IMG/VR virus record: IMGVR_UViG_3300049988_000124
Span: 243,822-307,821 of that record
Origin: a virus
Taxonomy: Duplodnaviria > Caudoviricetes
Length of the DNA: 64,000 nt
Strand: one strand, 5' to 3'
Every line of letters starts with the position of its first letter. Position 1 is the first letter of the stretch. Below are positions 1-9,610 of the stretch, piece by piece. The notes under the pieces are model-generated. The model did not search any database. It was not told where the DNA came from and saw only the letters and a program-made list of their open reading frames with translations. The translations under genes and the position numbers were made by a program.

Positions 1-1
1 A

Positions 2-391
2 GTGACTGATGGGATTGCGTTTGTCGTTGATGTTGAGGGCGTAGATACACGACACCCCGTGCATCTTTTGCTGCTTCTCCTTGTCATCAGGGAAAAGGTG
101 AGCAAGGCGACTAAAGGCCGCAACCGACAAGACCACATCATACACCCAAGCACGACAGAGGATCTCGGGGATCTTGTCTACTTGACTGAGGTTGGTGAAG
201 AACTTGCGGCAAATCTCCTTACCTGCTACCTTCTCAATCTCTGCGGCAAACGCGATTGGATCGTTGTCTCCAGCGGTCACATCAACCAGGTTAACCTTGA
301 CCTGGTCAGACATGAGATAGCGAAAGAGACATGACGAGAAATCAGAAGGAGCTTTCAGGAGTGATTCGATACTGGGATTGGGGGTTTCCAT
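2..391 (-). CDS. hypothetical protein, runs off the left edge (METPNPSIESLLK...)
   Basis: Translated by hand: open frame from ATG at 391 to the window edge, co-oriented with neighbours; absent from the ORF track because it has no stop in the window. Confidence 0.6.
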   Translation of the reverse strand, partial: METPNPSIESLLKAPSDFSSCLFRYLMSDQVKVNLVDVTAGDNDPIAFAAEIEKVAGKEICRKFFTNLSQVDKIPEILCRAWVYDVVLSVAAFSRLAHLFPDDKEKQQKMHGVSCIYALNINDKRNPISH

Positions 392-408
392 GAGGGTGAC
401 CCTTTTGT

Positions 409-1065
409 TTAAAGCTGTGTGCCTTTGTGAGAAACGAACCGGTCGGTGTGATAGAAGATCTGTCGAAGCTGCTTTTCCAAGAAACCATTCTCATCGTCGA
501 TCAGAACAGCGCCTGTCTGGATCAAGCGGCGCATCACCATGGTGAGGGACTTAACTTCCTCGTGAGCAACGATGTAGTCACTGAAACGAGGATCAGGCTT
601 TACCCGTTCACAAAGGGAGGACAGGTTCAAGATAATCTGATACGCAGGATAGTTAATCGGCGTGTTGATGATCGGCTGACTGTGATAGTCAGTGATCGCT
701 AGGATGAGTTGTCCGACATCCTGGGTGAACTCGTTGTCAACATCGGCCATGACAGTTTCTCTTGACATAACGGGTCCATGTTTTACTGCGAGCATGTGAT
801 CATAGACCACATCGGCGTATTTCGACAACCACAAGGCACGGCGGTTAACCATGAGGGAATCGTCGCAGGTTCGGTGGAGATATTCAAAGAACCCGTTGAC
901 CAGAAGTTTGGTTCGTTCCTCTGGTTGAACTACGTCAAAAAATTCAAGGAGCTTCAAGATGCCCCCAATCCGTTCAGCGAGCTTTACTTTTAGCTCAACT
1001 GAACGAACCGTGGTGAGGATGTGATATCGCTCGGGCAGCTCCTTGATCAGGGGGAAGATAGCCAT
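409..1065 (-). CDS. hypothetical phage protein
   Basis: 218-aa ORF in a tightly packed minus-strand run. Confidence 0.7.
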   Translation of the reverse strand: MAIFPLIKELPERYHILTTVRSVELKVKLAERIGGILKLLEFFDVVQPEERTKLLVNGFFEYLHRTCDDSLMVNRRALWLSKYADVVYDHMLAVKHGPVMSRETVMADVDNEFTQDVGQLILAITDYHSQPIINTPINYPAYQIILNLSSLCERVKPDPRFSDYIVAHEEVKSLTMVMRRLIQTGAVLIDDENGFLEKQLRQIFYHTDRFVSHKGTQL

Positions 1066-1097
1066 CTTCTGATCCTTCTCAAGGGGTTGGTGTGGGT

Positions 1098-1277
1098 CTA
1101 GCGCTGCGGCTTACAGACCATGTTCTTCTTCTGTTTCTCTCGGACACGGTAGGGAGCAGCAGAGGCGGGCAGAGTCATATCCTGCTTCATCTGCTGACAC
1201 TGCGCGTTGGTGAGATCGCGAACGACGTAAGGGTCGGGTCCGAGAAAGTAGAACGTCCACAAGATGACGGTGCGCAT
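1098..1277 (-). CDS. small protein with hydrophobic N-terminus
   Basis: Start moved to MRTVILWTF with an AAGGAAG RBS. Confidence 0.5.
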   Translation of the reverse strand: MRTVILWTFYFLGPDPYVVRDLTNAQCQQMKQDMTLPASAAPYRVREKQKKNMVCKPQR

Positions 1278-1302
1278 AACAAAACTTCCTTTCGTTATGG
1301 GA

Positions 1303-1638
1303 TTACGAGAAGAGGTACGCGATGAGCTGGTGCGTGCTAACGCTGCGCTCAAGCTCGTCGAGTTCCTTCATATATCCGACCTCCATCTTGATCAGTCGGA
1401 CGTAGAGGATAAGCGCCGCAAGGACGCTGAGCTTGACGCGGTTGCGCGCGGCAATCTCGTTCAAGTCGGATCGCAGATTGCGAAACTTCACCATGTCCAT
1501 CTGACTGGAACTATTGTTGAAGAGTTGCTTGGACTGATAGATGCCGATGACCTCCAGGTAGAAGTCGAGTTTGGTCTTGATGCGGGTCTGGATCCAACCA
1601 GCAATCATCAGCACGATCGTGAGAATGATGTTCTTCAT
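1303..1638 (-). CDS. hypothetical protein with N-terminal hydrophobic segment
   Basis: AAAGGA RBS; MKNIILTIVLMIAGW start. Confidence 0.6.
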   Translation of the reverse strand: MKNIILTIVLMIAGWIQTRIKTKLDFYLEVIGIYQSKQLFNNSSSQMDMVKFRNLRSDLNEIAARNRVKLSVLAALILYVRLIKMEVGYMKELDELERSVSTHQLIAYLFS

Positions 1639-1660
1639 GGTGGAAATCCTTTCCTTGAAT

Positions 1661-2242
1661 TTACGTCACGTCGGGAGCAGCAGAGGGCATGGTCAGCGTG
1701 GTCAGGTAACCAACGCAACCGACGTAATGCGCGACCAGAACAGTTTCGAAATAACCAACTGCCCATTCATCGAGATCGCGATCAACGTTCGTGCTACCGG
1801 CAACAAAGACACACTCGTTGCTCACCGGCTTCCTGGAAACAGACAGACCATCGAGAAGGTTCCTGACAGCGAACTGGGAAACGGTAAATGAACCGCTGAT
1901 TACCCACCCACCGAGGATACCATTGACGATGACGCCGTCCTCGCCGAGCTCACCGATCAAATCACCGGTCTTGATTTGATCGTACTTGATCATCGTGGCT
2001 TCCATGTTAACGAGACGCACGATGTCGGACGGAGATGAAACACTTCCCTCGTCCTTGGCAGTACCATCCTCGCGGTAGAGAATGTAGTGACGGGTCTTGT
2101 AGTTCAGAGAGCCCATCTTCTCAGTGACGCCCTCGAACTGAAAACCGGCATCATGACCAGGCTCTCCGGGGACGAGCTTAGACTCGATGGTGATGCGCTT
2201 ACCGTCACGCGTGATGCCGATGGTTCCGATATCGATCTTCAT
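1661..2242 (-). CDS. hypothetical protein, probably early
   Basis: Start MKIDIG; TATATTAC motif about 50 nt upstream. Confidence 0.65.
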   Translation of the reverse strand: MKIDIGTIGITRDGKRITIESKLVPGEPGHDAGFQFEGVTEKMGSLNYKTRHYILYREDGTAKDEGSVSSPSDIVRLVNMEATMIKYDQIKTGDLIGELGEDGVIVNGILGGWVISGSFTVSQFAVRNLLDGLSVSRKPVSNECVFVAGSTNVDRDLDEWAVGYFETVLVAHYVGCVGYLTTLTMPSAAPDVT

Positions 2243-2293
2243 GCGAAATCTCCCTCTTGTGAAAAACAACAACTGCGGGTGGTTGTCAAGTAA

Positions 2294-2301
2294 GTAATAT
2301 A
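2294..2301 (-). promoter_or_regulatory. phiKZ-type early promoter core TATATTAC
   Basis: gtaatata on + strand, intergenic, upstream of a minus-strand gene. Confidence 0.7.
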
Positions 2302-2350
2302 TCGATGAGCTCGTTTGATTGAGGTACGATAGCCTGGCTCATTCATTTAA

Positions 2351-2358
2351 GTAATATA
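2351..2358 (-). promoter_or_regulatory. phiKZ-type early promoter core (ATCGCTATATTAC)
   Basis: gtaatatagcgat on + strand, just downstream of a terminator hairpin. Confidence 0.7.
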
Positions 2359-2409
2359 GCGATATACTTAGCATGAAGAGAGAGGCCGAAGCCCCTCTCC
2401 TCATTGTTC

Positions 2410-3177
2410 TTACTTAACTGATTTCTTCTTGAGCTTGCGTCTGATAAAGGCTACCATCAAGGTAAGGTCGAGGACCGTGATCTGATCATCGAAGTGTAGC
2501 CAGCGTGCCTCGAACGAATTCAAGATGCTGTGGCCATTCTCATTGCGAATGAGCTGATCAACCAATCGCCTCGTAACACCTTGGTTGTTGCGAATGTTCT
2601 TGTTGGGATCGCACAGATCAATGATCTTGGTGGCTGGGTTGTAACGCGTGAGGTTCAGATAGTTCATCACGGTCTGTCGCGCCTCTAGTCGTTCTTCTTC
2701 CTGGTTAAGGAAACGACTGAGCGAGACATTACTGAAGCAGCGAACACCGGTAAGCTCAGCACCTACCCAGATGGGTAAGGGGAGCGGTGTGTTGAAGGAG
2801 GGAAGCTCTACCTCGGCGATCTCTAAGCTAGAAAGCTCAGGGTTGCGGAAGTCGTCGAGTTCCCAAAGTCTGTCTTTAACGATTTTGTGAAAACGTCGCT
2901 TATGGACACCAGTCTTGTGACACCGCTCACGCATGGTCACGAACTCGTCCTGGGTCATGGTGTTGGGAAGCTCTATAATGTCGCGCTTCATGGTCTGGTC
3001 GTAGGTGGATTTGATTCCGACTCCAGGAATGGTGTCAGTCGTGATTCGACACCGAATCGTCCATGATCCAGTATTAGACAGATACCACTGACTGACGAGC
3101 ATACTGTTGTTTGACAACCGGTCAGGGCAGATCAATAGTTTAAAGCGTCGTTCGATCTCAATCCCACGTGTCGCCAT
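2410..3177 (-). CDS. CYTH-domain protein (triphosphate tunnel metalloenzyme family)
   Basis: EIERRF N-terminal motif, WELDDF, IAEVEL, WVGAELTG..FSN. Confidence 0.8.
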   Translation of the reverse strand: MATRGIEIERRFKLLICPDRLSNNSMLVSQWYLSNTGSWTIRCRITTDTIPGVGIKSTYDQTMKRDIIELPNTMTQDEFVTMRERCHKTGVHKRRFHKIVKDRLWELDDFRNPELSSLEIAEVELPSFNTPLPLPIWVGAELTGVRCFSNVSLSRFLNQEEERLEARQTVMNYLNLTRYNPATKIIDLCDPNKNIRNNQGVTRRLVDQLIRNENGHSILNSFEARWLHFDDQITVLDLTLMVAFIRRKLKKKSVK

Positions 3178-3225
3178 GGTTGACATCCTTTCATAAAACA
3201 TAGTGGTTCAAAGTTCATAAATAAG

Positions 3226-3249
3226 TAAGAGGGGCACTCGCCCCTCTTA
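3226..3249. terminator. intrinsic terminator-like hairpin
   Basis: taagaggggc-actc-gcccctctta perfect inverted repeat between genes. Confidence 0.7.
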
Positions 3250-3250
3250 C

Positions 3251-6200
3251 TCACAATCCTATTCTCTCATCTTCTAGTTCGAGGTTAGCGCTTTCCTTTG
3301 ATGCGTCGATAACTTGCTTATACTCACGCTCGTCAGGATCAGGGCCTGCGAAGTCTGCACCAACGATGCTGTTGATGAGTTCGCGCACCTCTGCTAGGAT
3401 CTCGTCGGTACGAGATGACACGTTGGGAACACCGCCAGTATCAAGGGTTACCTCGATAATCGTGACCGGGTGAATCTGTCCCAATCGGTCCGCACGAGCA
3501 ATCACCTGATCATAGGTAGCCTGCCGGTAGGGACGATTGAGTAGCACCACCGTCGAGGCGGCAATCACCGGAACGGCCTCTGAGAGCGACTGCATAGTCG
3601 CACAGATCGGATTTACATTCGGGTCATCAGTGAAGCGGTTGATGTTCTTGGTTAGGTCTGCGTTGGTATCAGCGTAGACCATGAGGGGCTCAAAGCCCTG
3701 ATCGGTCAGATGCTTACTCAAGACCTTAACCGGTAGCACTGAGGAGGCAAAGAAGAGTGTCTTGGAGAGCGACTCTTTCATGATCACGTCGGGCTTACAG
3801 AACACACCCAAGGCTGCTGCACATTCTGATCGACGCTTAGCGAGGATCGTGCCCAATGCCTCGCCTCGCACCTTCAGCTTCAAGTTCTTCACAGCGGACA
3901 GAGCATTTCTGAACTCACTGCGATTGATCGGTGGAATTGACGGATAGAGTTTGGTCCGCTCGTAGGTACGACACGCAGCCATCTGGTCCGTCATCATGAG
4001 GTCAGGTGCTCTCATGATCATCTTGAGATTCTTCTGATAGGTGTAGAAAGCTTGACGGTCTTGACGAGATTCTAACTTATTCTCGTGGTAGTTCATGTAA
4101 AAATCAACGAGCTTACGATAATGCTTGATGTTGTCTTTATACATGGTCAACTGCTTCTGGATGAACTCTTTCATCTCCTCCCTGACTGTTGACATCAGGA
4201 ATTTATGAGCAAGGGCTGGAGGCAATCTGACGGGAAGTTCTTTTACCACAGGCTTGGTGGCAGAGAAAGCAGACTTACCGACCATGAAGGCCATCTGCTG
4301 ACCCAAACGATGTTGGAAGATTTCGCCTGCCTTACCAGGAGACATCGTGAAGATCTGCTTGAAGCGTCGCTCTGCATCAGCATCGAACCGGTGGTCCGAG
4401 CATTTGAGAAACGAGACCATCTCAGCGGCACTCTTCAGGATCGGTGAGCCTGATGTCCACAAGAATAGAACATCGTCTCTTAGAGTCTGGAGCTTTACGA
4501 GCTGCTGAGTACGGTTGGAGCGCCAGTCCGCAAAGTTGTGGGACTCATCGACGATCACGAAATATTTGCGACCTTGAGCGTGGATCTTCTTGCCGAGTTC
4601 GATCGCTTTGTTGATCTGCTCGAAGTTGAAGATGTAATATTCGGTCTTCTTCTCTGGCATCGGTAAACCAGAGTCACAGCACCAGTAAGTCGGAGTCTTC
4701 TTAAAGACGCTGTTGATCGTCTTTTCCCAAACGAGGTGGAGTGCCTTCTTGGGAGAGATGATGATCTTGACATCAGCGACACTGGGAGGAACCACGCATT
4801 CAGCGACGCAGAGATCAAGGAAGGTGTTGTGCGTCACGATGTAATCGTTCGTAATGTACAAACGATCAGGGTGATCAACAGAGATACACTGGGCCTGCTT
4901 CTTACCGACGTAACGAATCTTTTCAATACGCAGGCGCAAGCTGTCCTTGTACTGGTAGTTCTCAGGAGTCAGCTCCTTCTTGCGAGGAAGACGGAAGAGG
5001 TCGGTAGGCTCGCGGTAGCGAATGTTAACCTGATAAGCAGGCTTACCTTCCTTGCGCTCACCCTTGTAGGTGTAGTGCGTCTGTTTAGTCTTGATGCGAG
5101 CAAGACCACCAATGCTGCGAATCAACTCCTGTATGTGCTTAGCGAGCTGTTCGCTAGTTGTGCAGAATGACGTACTTCCATTCTCACTGACGGTTCCGTC
5201 CGAATCCATCAGACCTTGAATAAGCGCAAGCTTCTGAGAGAAGGAGGCATTCAGGTAGACATCCGGAACAAACTTGGTATGACTACGAGTACTGTTGAGT
5301 TTGAGAGCATGAAGCTGATCAACCAACATCGATCTCGACCAACGCTTCTCCCGTGTCTTCTTCACGACTTGATAGTCGTACGAAGACCTGGACTTATCGG
5401 GCCGGTACACCAACTCAGAATCGTCGGGAAGCAGATGTGAGACCTGGTCTACAATGAAGCCATCTGCCGAGGAAATCGACACCGTTCCTTCACGGATGTG
5501 TCCATCACCAAGGATGATGCCGAGAAGGTAGGGATCAATGGATAGCTGAACGTCTTCCTTGATCTCTGGCTCGGGAAGAGGAACGTAGAGACGACTGGGT
5601 TCGAGTTGGTGATTGTCCATATGTAGACGAATGTCAATGAAGGGAACGACCTTCCAACCATCCACACGACCGTCCTTGTTGGAGCGTGCCCAATCCTTGT
5701 GTCGAACTTTCCAGAGGTGGTCATCACAGCATTCCACTGAACGACCGTCCTCAAAGGTTACTTCGTACATGTCGAGCTCACCTTGCGGATAAACTCCAGT
5801 AACGAACGAGGTTCCACCATCGGGTGTAACAATGGGCTGACCAACGGTCATGTCACCATTGCGCATCCATCCTGACGGAGTACGAATGAGATCTTCTAGG
5901 CCTAGCGCTTTACCACCACCAGGGGCAAAGCCGATGATGTAACCACGCAAGTCATAGCGCGGCATCCGGTCACCGAAGAGATGAAGGAACTCAATCTGCT
6001 TGGGCATGGCCTGCCACTTCATCTGATTGAGACGCTTCATGTCGATGATTGACTTAACCTCGCCGGTACTAACCTTGAACCACGTGTCCTCGAGGAGTCC
6101 TTTGACGATCTTGTCGATGGTGCGCTTACCCGACCACGTCGTGCGCTCATCGTGACGCAATTTGGCAAGCATGAAGATTAGGTCGGGGACGAAGAAGCGA

Positions 6201-6385
6201 TTGAGCGTGAAAGCAGTGTCGGTGATGGAGGTAAACATCTTCTTGGCGATCACGTCTGTCTCAAAGAGAATCTTGAAGTGATTGCGTAAGATGAGACCGT
6301 CGACACCGGTAATCTTGACCAGGTTACCTGTCTCTTTAACACTGATCATTCCGAAGGCTCGGGCGAAATATTCCATGAATTTCAT
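3251..6385 (-). CDS. SNF2/SF2-like helicase interrupted by an intein
   Basis: Walker A GFAPGGGK/T split by the intein; motif II VDESH, motif III SGSP, motif VI QVIARADRLGQ. Confidence 0.85.
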   Translation of the reverse strand: MKFMEYFARAFGMISVKETGNLVKITGVDGLILRNHFKILFETDVIAKKMFTSITDTAFTLNRFFVPDLIFMLAKLRHDERTTWSGKRTIDKIVKGLLEDTWFKVSTGEVKSIIDMKRLNQMKWQAMPKQIEFLHLFGDRMPRYDLRGYIIGFAPGGGKALGLEDLIRTPSGWMRNGDMTVGQPIVTPDGGTSFVTGVYPQGELDMYEVTFEDGRSVECCDDHLWKVRHKDWARSNKDGRVDGWKVVPFIDIRLHMDNHQLEPSRLYVPLPEPEIKEDVQLSIDPYLLGIILGDGHIREGTVSISSADGFIVDQVSHLLPDDSELVYRPDKSRSSYDYQVVKKTREKRWSRSMLVDQLHALKLNSTRSHTKFVPDVYLNASFSQKLALIQGLMDSDGTVSENGSTSFCTTSEQLAKHIQELIRSIGGLARIKTKQTHYTYKGERKEGKPAYQVNIRYREPTDLFRLPRKKELTPENYQYKDSLRLRIEKIRYVGKKQAQCISVDHPDRLYITNDYIVTHNTFLDLCVAECVVPPSVADVKIIISPKKALHLVWEKTINSVFKKTPTYWCCDSGLPMPEKKTEYYIFNFEQINKAIELGKKIHAQGRKYFVIVDESHNFADWRSNRTQQLVKLQTLRDDVLFLWTSGSPILKSAAEMVSFLKCSDHRFDADAERRFKQIFTMSPGKAGEIFQHRLGQQMAFMVGKSAFSATKPVVKELPVRLPPALAHKFLMSTVREEMKEFIQKQLTMYKDNIKHYRKLVDFYMNYHENKLESRQDRQAFYTYQKNLKMIMRAPDLMMTDQMAACRTYERTKLYPSIPPINRSEFRNALSAVKNLKLKVRGEALGTILAKRRSECAAALGVFCKPDVIMKESLSKTLFFASSVLPVKVLSKHLTDQGFEPLMVYADTNADLTKNINRFTDDPNVNPICATMQSLSEAVPVIAASTVVLLNRPYRQATYDQVIARADRLGQIHPVTIIEVTLDTGGVPNVSSRTDEILAEVRELINSIVGADFAGPDPDEREYKQVIDASKESANLELEDERIGL
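4826..5908 (-). mobile_element. class 3-type intein (361 aa) with LAGLIDADG homing endonuclease
   Basis: Begins Ala (ALGLEDLIRTPSGW), ends VTHN followed by Thr+1; block B DDHLW, block F QCISVD; LAGLIDADG motifs LGIILGDG and QGLMDSDG. Confidence 0.88.
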
Positions 6386-6432
6386 GACGGTTCCTGTCAT
6401 GGCTAATAACATAGGATTTTTGATGAAAGAAA

Positions 6433-6460
6433 GTAGGAGGGGGCTGATGCCCCCTCCTAC
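6433..6460. terminator. intrinsic terminator-like hairpin
   Basis: gtaggagggggc-tgat-gccccctcctac. Confidence 0.7.
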
Positions 6461-6467
6461 CCCTTAG

Positions 6468-7985
6468 TCAGTACGAACTAGTACAGTGAAAGATCTTCTG
6501 CAAGATCTGGCGAATCTCACCGATCTTGAACGGCTTCTTCAGAACCGTATATCCTTCAAGCTCTGCACTGTCAGAGAAACCAGTCACGAAGACCACTTCC
6601 AAATCAGGGTGAAGGAGCTTGGCTGAGCGGATGACCTGTGCTCCGTTCATAACGGGCATGGCGTAGTCAATGACGACCAGGTCAGGACGGTTGTCCTTCA
6701 GGTAGACCAATGCATCCATACCGTCGACCGCTGTCTTGACGTGGTGACCAAGAAGCGTCAAGATCTCCGAGAGCGTCTCCCGGACACCTGGATCATCGTC
6801 GACCAGGAGGATGTTCTTGGCCTCACACATCTGGATGAGATTACCGGCTACTACCTCTTCCTGGAAGATCGCTGCGTTCTTAACGACGGGCAGACTGATC
6901 GTGATCGTGGTACCCTTCTCCGACGTCTTCTTGATGTAGACATCGCCGCCTGACTGATTAGCCAGACCGTAAACCATGCTGAGACCAAGACCTGTTCCCT
7001 TACCAATATCCTTGGTAGTGAAGAACGGCTCAAAGACGCGCGCCGCAACATCGGCAGGAATACCAATACCGGTATCAGTGACGTTGATCTCAACCTCGTC
7101 ATTCTCGATGATCGTGGAGATCGTGAGACTACCGCCCTCGGGCATTGCGTCGCGAGCGTTGACCGCCAGGTTCAAGATAGCCAGTTCAAGCTGAACCGGA
7201 TCAGTGCGCACCACTACGTCGGTGATGTTGGAGGTGGAGATCTGAATGTCTGGACCGATGGTCCGGGTGATCAACTGCCTGACGTTCATGATGACCGGAG
7301 CCAGTTCCACTTCCTTGATCTGGAGCTTCTGGTTACGCGAGAACGTCAGGAGCTGTGCAGTCAGATGTGATGCTCTCGATATTGCCTCAATACCAACACC
7401 CACCCAGCGCGGTACACGGTCACTGTGGGGATTACTACTGATGAGCTCGAGGCTACCACTGATGGCTTGGACGAGATTGTTAAAGTCGTGCGCAATGCCG
7501 CCTGTTAACTGGCCCACTGCTTCCATCTTCTGTGACTGGAGCAGGTGAGTCTGTGCGCGCTCTTTCTCGTCCTTCTCGATCTTAAGCTCTTGGATCTTCT
7601 GCTCGAGCTGGCGATTAAGGGCATCAATCTTAGCAAAAGAAGGAAGCTTGATCGCTGTTGGAATAAGGAACCACAGACTACCCAAGGCTAGAATGGAGAG
7701 AAGTGAGGAAATGAGTTGCATGGTGGGTGAGGGTGAGTGGTTCTCCACGGTCATCCCAAAAACGGCCCAGGCTCTACCGAGCGCACAAACAGCATTTGAG
7801 ATCAGGAAGAACCAGATAAACTTGTTGTCGCGAAGGTCAGGGCGTTCCTTTAGAACCTTGGTCGACAACGTGGCATTAGTTGTGTGAAAAGCACCAGCGA
7901 AGAGATGGGTAAGAATGGAGGCAAGAACAGGCCAGGGATTCGGCCCGAAATACTGAACGGCTAATAGCCAAAAATCTGCGGACAC
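6468..7985 (-). CDS. membrane-bound hybrid sensor histidine kinase/response regulator
   Basis: H-box [11 protein letters not shown]-box [12 protein letters not shown]1 [14 protein letters not shown]2 GTGLGL; receiver with VDDD, IDYAMP, TG, KPF; N-terminal TM segments. Confidence 0.93.
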   Translation of the reverse strand: MSADFWLLAVQYFGPNPWPVLASILTHLFAGAFHTTNATLSTKVLKERPDLRDNKFIWFFLISNAVCALGRAWAVFGMTVENHSPSPTMQLISSLLSILALGSLWFLIPTAIKLPSFAKIDALNRQLEQKIQELKIEKDEKERAQTHLLQSQKMEAVGQLTGGIAHDFNNLVQAISGSLELISSNPHSDRVPRWVGVGIEAISRASHLTAQLLTFSRNQKLQIKEVELAPVIMNVRQLITRTIGPDIQISTSNITDVVVRTDPVQLELAILNLAVNARDAMPEGGSLTISTIIENDEVEINVTDTGIGIPADVAARVFEPFFTTKDIGKGTGLGLSMVYGLANQSGGDVYIKKTSEKGTTITISLPVVKNAAIFQEEVVAGNLIQMCEAKNILLVDDDPGVRETLSEILTLLGHHVKTAVDGMDALVYLKDNRPDLVVIDYAMPVMNGAQVIRSAKLLHPDLEVVFVTGFSDSAELEGYTVLKKPFKIGEIRQILQKIFHCTSSY

Positions 7986-8000
7986 GGGGATGATATTCCT

Positions 8001-8336
8001 TTAACCAGTATAAAGCGAGGGGCTGTATATATCGAAGGAATCGCCGCGTTGCTTAAAGGCACGACCATTCCAAGTCACTTGTTTTTGCAAGAACTTTTGC
8101 TTGTCAAAGACCACGGTGTCCCCGACCTTCATGATCTGCATGTCGTGGACTTGGGAGAGGTCTGGGTCACTAGCAAGGTGAACCGGCATTCCAGTTTTGT
8201 CGGCAACGTTGATGTAGAATGAATTCTGTTGTCCGGCAGGCAGATCAGTAATGATCTGAATGATCGCGCCGGAGCCCGGAGGCTCACGGTGAGTGTGAGT
8301 AAGTCGTTGGACTTGCGTGATCTTTGCCGTGCGCAT
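8001..8336 (-). CDS. hypothetical protein upstream of the kinase
   Basis: 111-aa ORF, GAGGA RBS, co-oriented with the kinase. Confidence 0.55.
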   Translation of the reverse strand: MRTAKITQVQRLTHTHREPPGSGAIIQIITDLPAGQQNSFYINVADKTGMPVHLASDPDLSQVHDMQIMKVGDTVVFDKQKFLQKQVTWNGRAFKQRGDSFDIYSPSLYTG

Positions 8337-8580
8337 AACGTCCTCGATAAAAGCGATAGGGGTTCATATCAGAGTCGGACTAAATAGTCCCTAGAGGGCT
8401 AAATGAAATTCTTCTTTGTTGCTGTCTCTTGGTATGAGCCTTCTAAACTCCAGTAGAAAGAATCGATTACATGCTCTTCAGGAACATACACCACGAGAGA
8501 GTGTGGATCATATCGCTATTAACATTGTTCTGGGTTGGAGTGTTCGCTAAATACTACGGTTACTAAGGGGAGGGGTCCAG

Positions 8581-9468
8581 GTGACTCAGGAGATTCTACG
8601 CTCAAAGCAAGACAAGTCCATTAACTTTGTAACACACGCCGATGATGGTGGTAAGATCGAAGCTCGCTTTGTTCAACGCGAAGAAGACACGATCATTGTC
8701 TACCTCTCCTCGATGACGGGGTGCAACCTTAGTTGTCGTTTCTGCCATCTGACCCAGATGCACGAGACCACGATGACGGCCGTTGACATCGATGGGTATC
8801 TTACCCAAGCCCGCGATGTTCTGACGCTCGCTGCCAAAGAAGGCAAGCTTGCCAATGTTCAGACGGTGCATTTCAACTTCATGGCGAGGGGAGATGCTCT
8901 ATCGAACATCTACTTTGTCAACAAGACCGAGTTGTTGTTCTACCGGCTAGATAGTCTCTCGGCTGAACATGGTCTTATCTCCAAGTTCAAGATCTCCACG
9001 ATCTTTCCCAACACACTCCTGGATAGCTTCACCCTTCCTATGTTGAAAGAATGGGTGGAGCAGGTCTACGATCTTCCCTACGACGTTGAGTTCTATTACT
9101 CCCTTTATTCACTGGACGAGGCGTTCAGGAAGAGGTGGATTCCCAAAGGAATGGATCCCGAACGTGTCGGTTATCTCTTTGAGGGAACAGAGGGAAAGCT
9201 TCGTCTCCATCACGCCCTGATCGACAAAGAGAATTGCTCACTGGCTAACACCAATCCGATCAAGAGTTGGTTGGTCAGGTATGACATCAAATGTCGTTTA
9301 AACATCGTACGCTATAATCCTTTCAACAACGGATCAGGTGTAGAAGCCTCCGACGGGGACATTCGCACTTATTGTGGTATCATGTCATTGTGCCCCAATA
9401 TCCTGGGTACTTACGTAGTCAGTCGCGTCGGTCTCGACGTCAAAGCTAGTTGCGGAACATTCGTGTGA
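8581..9468 (+). CDS. RlmN/Cfr-like radical SAM enzyme
   Basis: SSMTGCNLSCRFC (CxxxCxxC), FMARGD aligning to MGMGE, YNP, C-terminal ASCG; GTG start with GGAGG. Confidence 0.8.
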   Translation: MTQEILRSKQDKSINFVTHADDGGKIEARFVQREEDTIIVYLSSMTGCNLSCRFCHLTQMHETTMTAVDIDGYLTQARDVLTLAAKEGKLANVQTVHFNFMARGDALSNIYFVNKTELLFYRLDSLSAEHGLISKFKISTIFPNTLLDSFTLPMLKEWVEQVYDLPYDVEFYYSLYSLDEAFRKRWIPKGMDPERVGYLFEGTEGKLRLHHALIDKENCSLANTNPIKSWLVRYDIKCRLNIVRYNPFNNGSGVEASDGDIRTYCGIMSLCPNILGTYVVSRVGLDVKASCGTFV

Positions 9469-9473
9469 ACACA

Positions 9474-9505
9474 CTAAGAGGGAGGGCATTAGCCCTCCCT
9501 CTTAG
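9474..9505. terminator. intrinsic terminator-like hairpin
   Basis: 14-bp perfect stem ctaagagggagggc/gccctccctcttag. Confidence 0.75.
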
Positions 9506-9610
9506 GTCTGTGTGGCTATCTGAATTATGCTCTTTTTTCAACCCAAGTTGGTTTTAATTAATCGTGTTATGGTGTGTAGTTAAGGCACTAAAATAAGGGA
9601 GTTTTTAAGC

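Noticed and set aside
2-334. Plus-strand 110-aa ORF and many other antisense ORFs (for example 1264-1866, 16184-16804, 41280-42080, 49133-50341, 54431-55405, 61638-62375)
   Set aside because: They lie opposite well-supported minus-strand genes, lack RBSs and recognisable motifs, and are typical shadow frames caused by codon bias
9566-9575. TATG upstream of the exported-protein cassette as a phiKZ-type late promoter
   Set aside because: A 4-nt motif cannot be told from chance without TSS data
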